A DNA stretch of 64,000 bases from Terriglobia bacterium (GTDB lineage: Bacteria; Acidobacteriota; Terriglobia; 20CM-2-55-15): assembly GCA_963664115.2 (NCBI GenBank), contig CAXWPJ010000010.1, forward strand, positions 416,001 to 480,000, in the 5' to 3' direction. The notes beneath the pieces were generated by a model. That model saw nothing but the letters and a program-made list of their open reading frames with translations, was not told the DNA's origin and did not search any database. Of the stretch, positions 61,854 to 64,000 are shown piece by piece. How positions within the stretch are numbered: the first letter of the stretch is position 1; each line of letters begins with the position of its first letter. Both the position numbers and the translations under genes were made by a program.

Positions 61854-62163
61854 CTAAAAAAGGCGACGAGCGTGAACCCGCCACCGGAAGGTGCGGCGCT
61901 TAGCAGGCTTCGTTTTCGCCAGCCGCCGGGGCCGCCTCGGCGTTGCGCTAGGCGATGAGCGTGTGCGCCTGATCGGCGAGCTTGGTGAGGGTGAGCAGGT
62001 TCTTGAAGCCGAAGCTGTGCGTCGTCTTCCACTGGTCGCCGTCACGGTAGATCCGCGAAAAGGTGACGCTGTGCCGGGTGATGCCGCCGACCTCGTTTTC
62101 CCAAACAGTCGCCTTGACGGCTCCGATCCTGAGTTCTGCGACGGGCTTATTGTTGGTAGCCAT
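61854..62163 (-). pseudogene. Small plasmid protein (ssDNA-binding-like fold inferred) with a premature stop
   Basis: AGGAGG RBS; KPVAELRIGAVKATVWEN...VTFSRIYRDGDQWKTTHSF; TAG at 61948-61950. Confidence 0.55.
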
Positions 62164-62975
62164 TGATTGAATCCTCCTGGTTTAAGGGTTTGGAGCGTGT
62201 GTCGCTCACCCGGAACAAGCGCCACCGGCCAAACCCGGCCAGGGGAATCCGTCGCCGGTGCGTGGTGGCGGGGAATCACCGGCCAAAGAGCAGGGGCCGT
62301 GACAGACGCCCACCCGGGCGAGCTACGCGGTCTGGTCTCGGCCCCTGTGCCGGTCCCCGCCGGAGCAAGCCTAGGCTACGGGGAACTGCGAGACAACATT
62401 CCGCACGGTGGATCGCGCGCCCTTCAGGGCGAACGACGGGAAACCGGGGCGATCTCACCAGCCGCTTCCAGGCACAATGAAGTGCCCTAATCGGCGATCC
62501 TGGGACCGTTGGTGCGGACGTACTCTTGGCGATGGCCGGGATGGCTGCGCGGCAGGGAACAGCGCCGCCAGGAGTTGCTGGGTTCCTGCGCCGATTCCTG
62601 GCTCGGTATTATCATCCCTAACCCATCCACGCACGACGGTTGCAATCGGCCTGCGGAGCGGACATCACTCGCGGGCAGATTTGATTCTGCCTCTATGTTC
62701 CTGGAACATTATTCGATCCGGGGGCAGGGAATCATAGCGAGATGGACCTTAAGACGATCGCGCTGGACCCGAGGCCGGCGGTGGCCGAACACAAGGAATT
62801 CAACCTGGGTACCAACGACGGGCTGCGTGAAGAATCGGCCACCACAGACACTGGAAAAGAATATTGGACGGGTACCGTTGCGACGGTGGATTTTTTGGCT
62901 GCTGGGCGGGCCTGAGTGAGGCATTTTGACAATTCGGATCTTGTCCAAATCTAAATGGGCGATGATGGAGATAGG

Positions 62976-63344
62976 ATGATAAACGGAGGAAAAGATCCAG
63001 CCAATCAAGGCTGGGAGATCGAGACTCTGGCGGCCGGATCCGGAAGACATTCCAGGAGAAGAAATGCCGAATACGATAAAGAACTTGCCCAACTTTCGGC
63101 AGAGTAAAAGAAGCTGCTTGAGCAGCAGAAAAAGGAGCGGTATGCACTCAAGAAAAGACTCACTGTGGTCAAGAAACAGCTCCGGGAGGAACAGCGCAAA
63201 CGGAATGAACGCCGAGCGGAACTGCTGGGTCGCTGCATGATGCAGAAATTCAGTTCCGACCGTGAATCAAAAGAAGCCATGCTGCATAATCTCGATACCT
63301 TCTTGTCGAATCCGGAGGACAGGGACCTATTCGGTCTGGTCTAA
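62976..63344 (+). pseudogene. Mobilisation accessory protein (MobS/TraD-like) with an internal stop
   Basis: Coiled coil...EQRKRNERRAELLG...LDTFLSNPEDRDLFGL; in-frame TAA at 63105. Confidence 0.6.
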
Positions 63345-63529
63345 AAACAAACTCCCACTATACGGAAGGCTCGTAAAGCTTCGCCGAATCTTTTCCGATT
63401 CCCGGATCGCCGGTTGTGCGTCGGGAGGGGAGGGGGTGGTAGCCAGTACCATGGACACGATGTGGCACCGAGCGGCAAACCGGTCTGAAGCTCGTGCTGG
63501 CCTTTCGCTGGCATGAGCGCTCAAAAAAA

Positions 63530-63685
63530 AGGCGACTGGGTTTAACCCGCGGCCGAAAGGTGTGGGGCTTAGGCGGCTTCGCCCTCCTCGGCCGCAGCGG
63601 CTTGGGCCGGCTCTGTGTTGCACTCGGCAATGAGCGTGTGCACCTGATCGGCGAGGTTGGCGAGGGTGAGCAGGTTGCTGACTAG
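63530..63685 (-). pseudogene. Degenerate second copy of the 3' half of 61854-62163
   Basis: NLLTLANLADQVHTLIAE versus NLLTLTKLADQAHTLIA, with shared downstream DNA. Confidence 0.6.
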
Positions 63686-63840
63686 GCGTTCCACCGTCGC
63701 GCTGGAGCACGGCGGGTTGGGCCTGCGTGCGAGCTAATAGGATTCCTGTAGGTTCAGATCTTAATTGTCACACCGGTTTGTCCACAGACTCGTCGTTTCT
63801 ACTATTTGTAGTTTTATTATTTGTCTTATTACTTGTAAGA

Positions 63841-64000
63841 GTGTACCTGTAACAGCGGAAAATCGAGAGGGGAGTGTACCCGTAACAGCGGAAAATCGAG
63901 AGGGGAGTGTACCCGTAACAGCGGAAAATCGAGAGGGGAGTGTACCCGTAACAGCGGAAAATCGAGAGGGGAGTGTACCTGTAACAGCGGAAAATCGAGA
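63841..64000. repeat. 33-bp tandem direct repeats (iteron-like), at least 5 copies, truncated by the window edge
   Basis: GTGTACCYGTAACAGCGGAAAATCGAGAGGGGA starts at 63841, 63874, 63907, 63940 and 63973. An AT-rich stretch at ~63800-63840 precedes it. Confidence 0.85.

Noticed and set aside
63841-64000. CRISPR array
   Set aside because: The repeats are head-to-tail with no unique spacers, and no cas genes are present.

Overview
GC-rich bacterial DNA, probably from an Acidobacteriota genome (inferred from the gene families, not from a search). It has three zones. (1) 1-31 kb is an accessory region of mostly secreted or periplasmic proteins: two Tat-signal ThDP enzyme + cytochrome c pairs, DUF6152-like proteins, two TonB-dependent-receptor-like proteins, and GlcG, VOC and MBL proteins. 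It also holds four directly repeated, dif-like 11-6-11 bp sites (AGTCCTGANAA-ATCATC-TTSTCGGAMRT). Three of these sites lie exactly 12 nt after the stop codon of a Ser/Thr-kinase gene relic. Two sites are each split by a different IS110/IS1111-type element, and the non-coding right end of each element contains readable bridge/seek-RNA guide loops matching the site. (2) 33-40.6 kb is ordinary chromosomal backbone: phosphoesterase, CPBP protease, AAA ATPase + VWA protein, and a MacA/MacB-like pair. (3) 40.6-64 kb is a decaying plasmid-like segment with repA, parA + RHH partner, a parDE relic, conjugation and mobilisation relics and 33-bp iteron-like repeats. The window also carries five copies of one 1847-bp IS1380 plus IS1182, IS630, three nested IS3-family elements and IS6/IS1380 fragments. 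No rRNA, tRNA or CRISPR array was recognised. The best candidate for a new system is the dif-like-site cassette array of kinase genes that RNA-guided IS1111 elements target.
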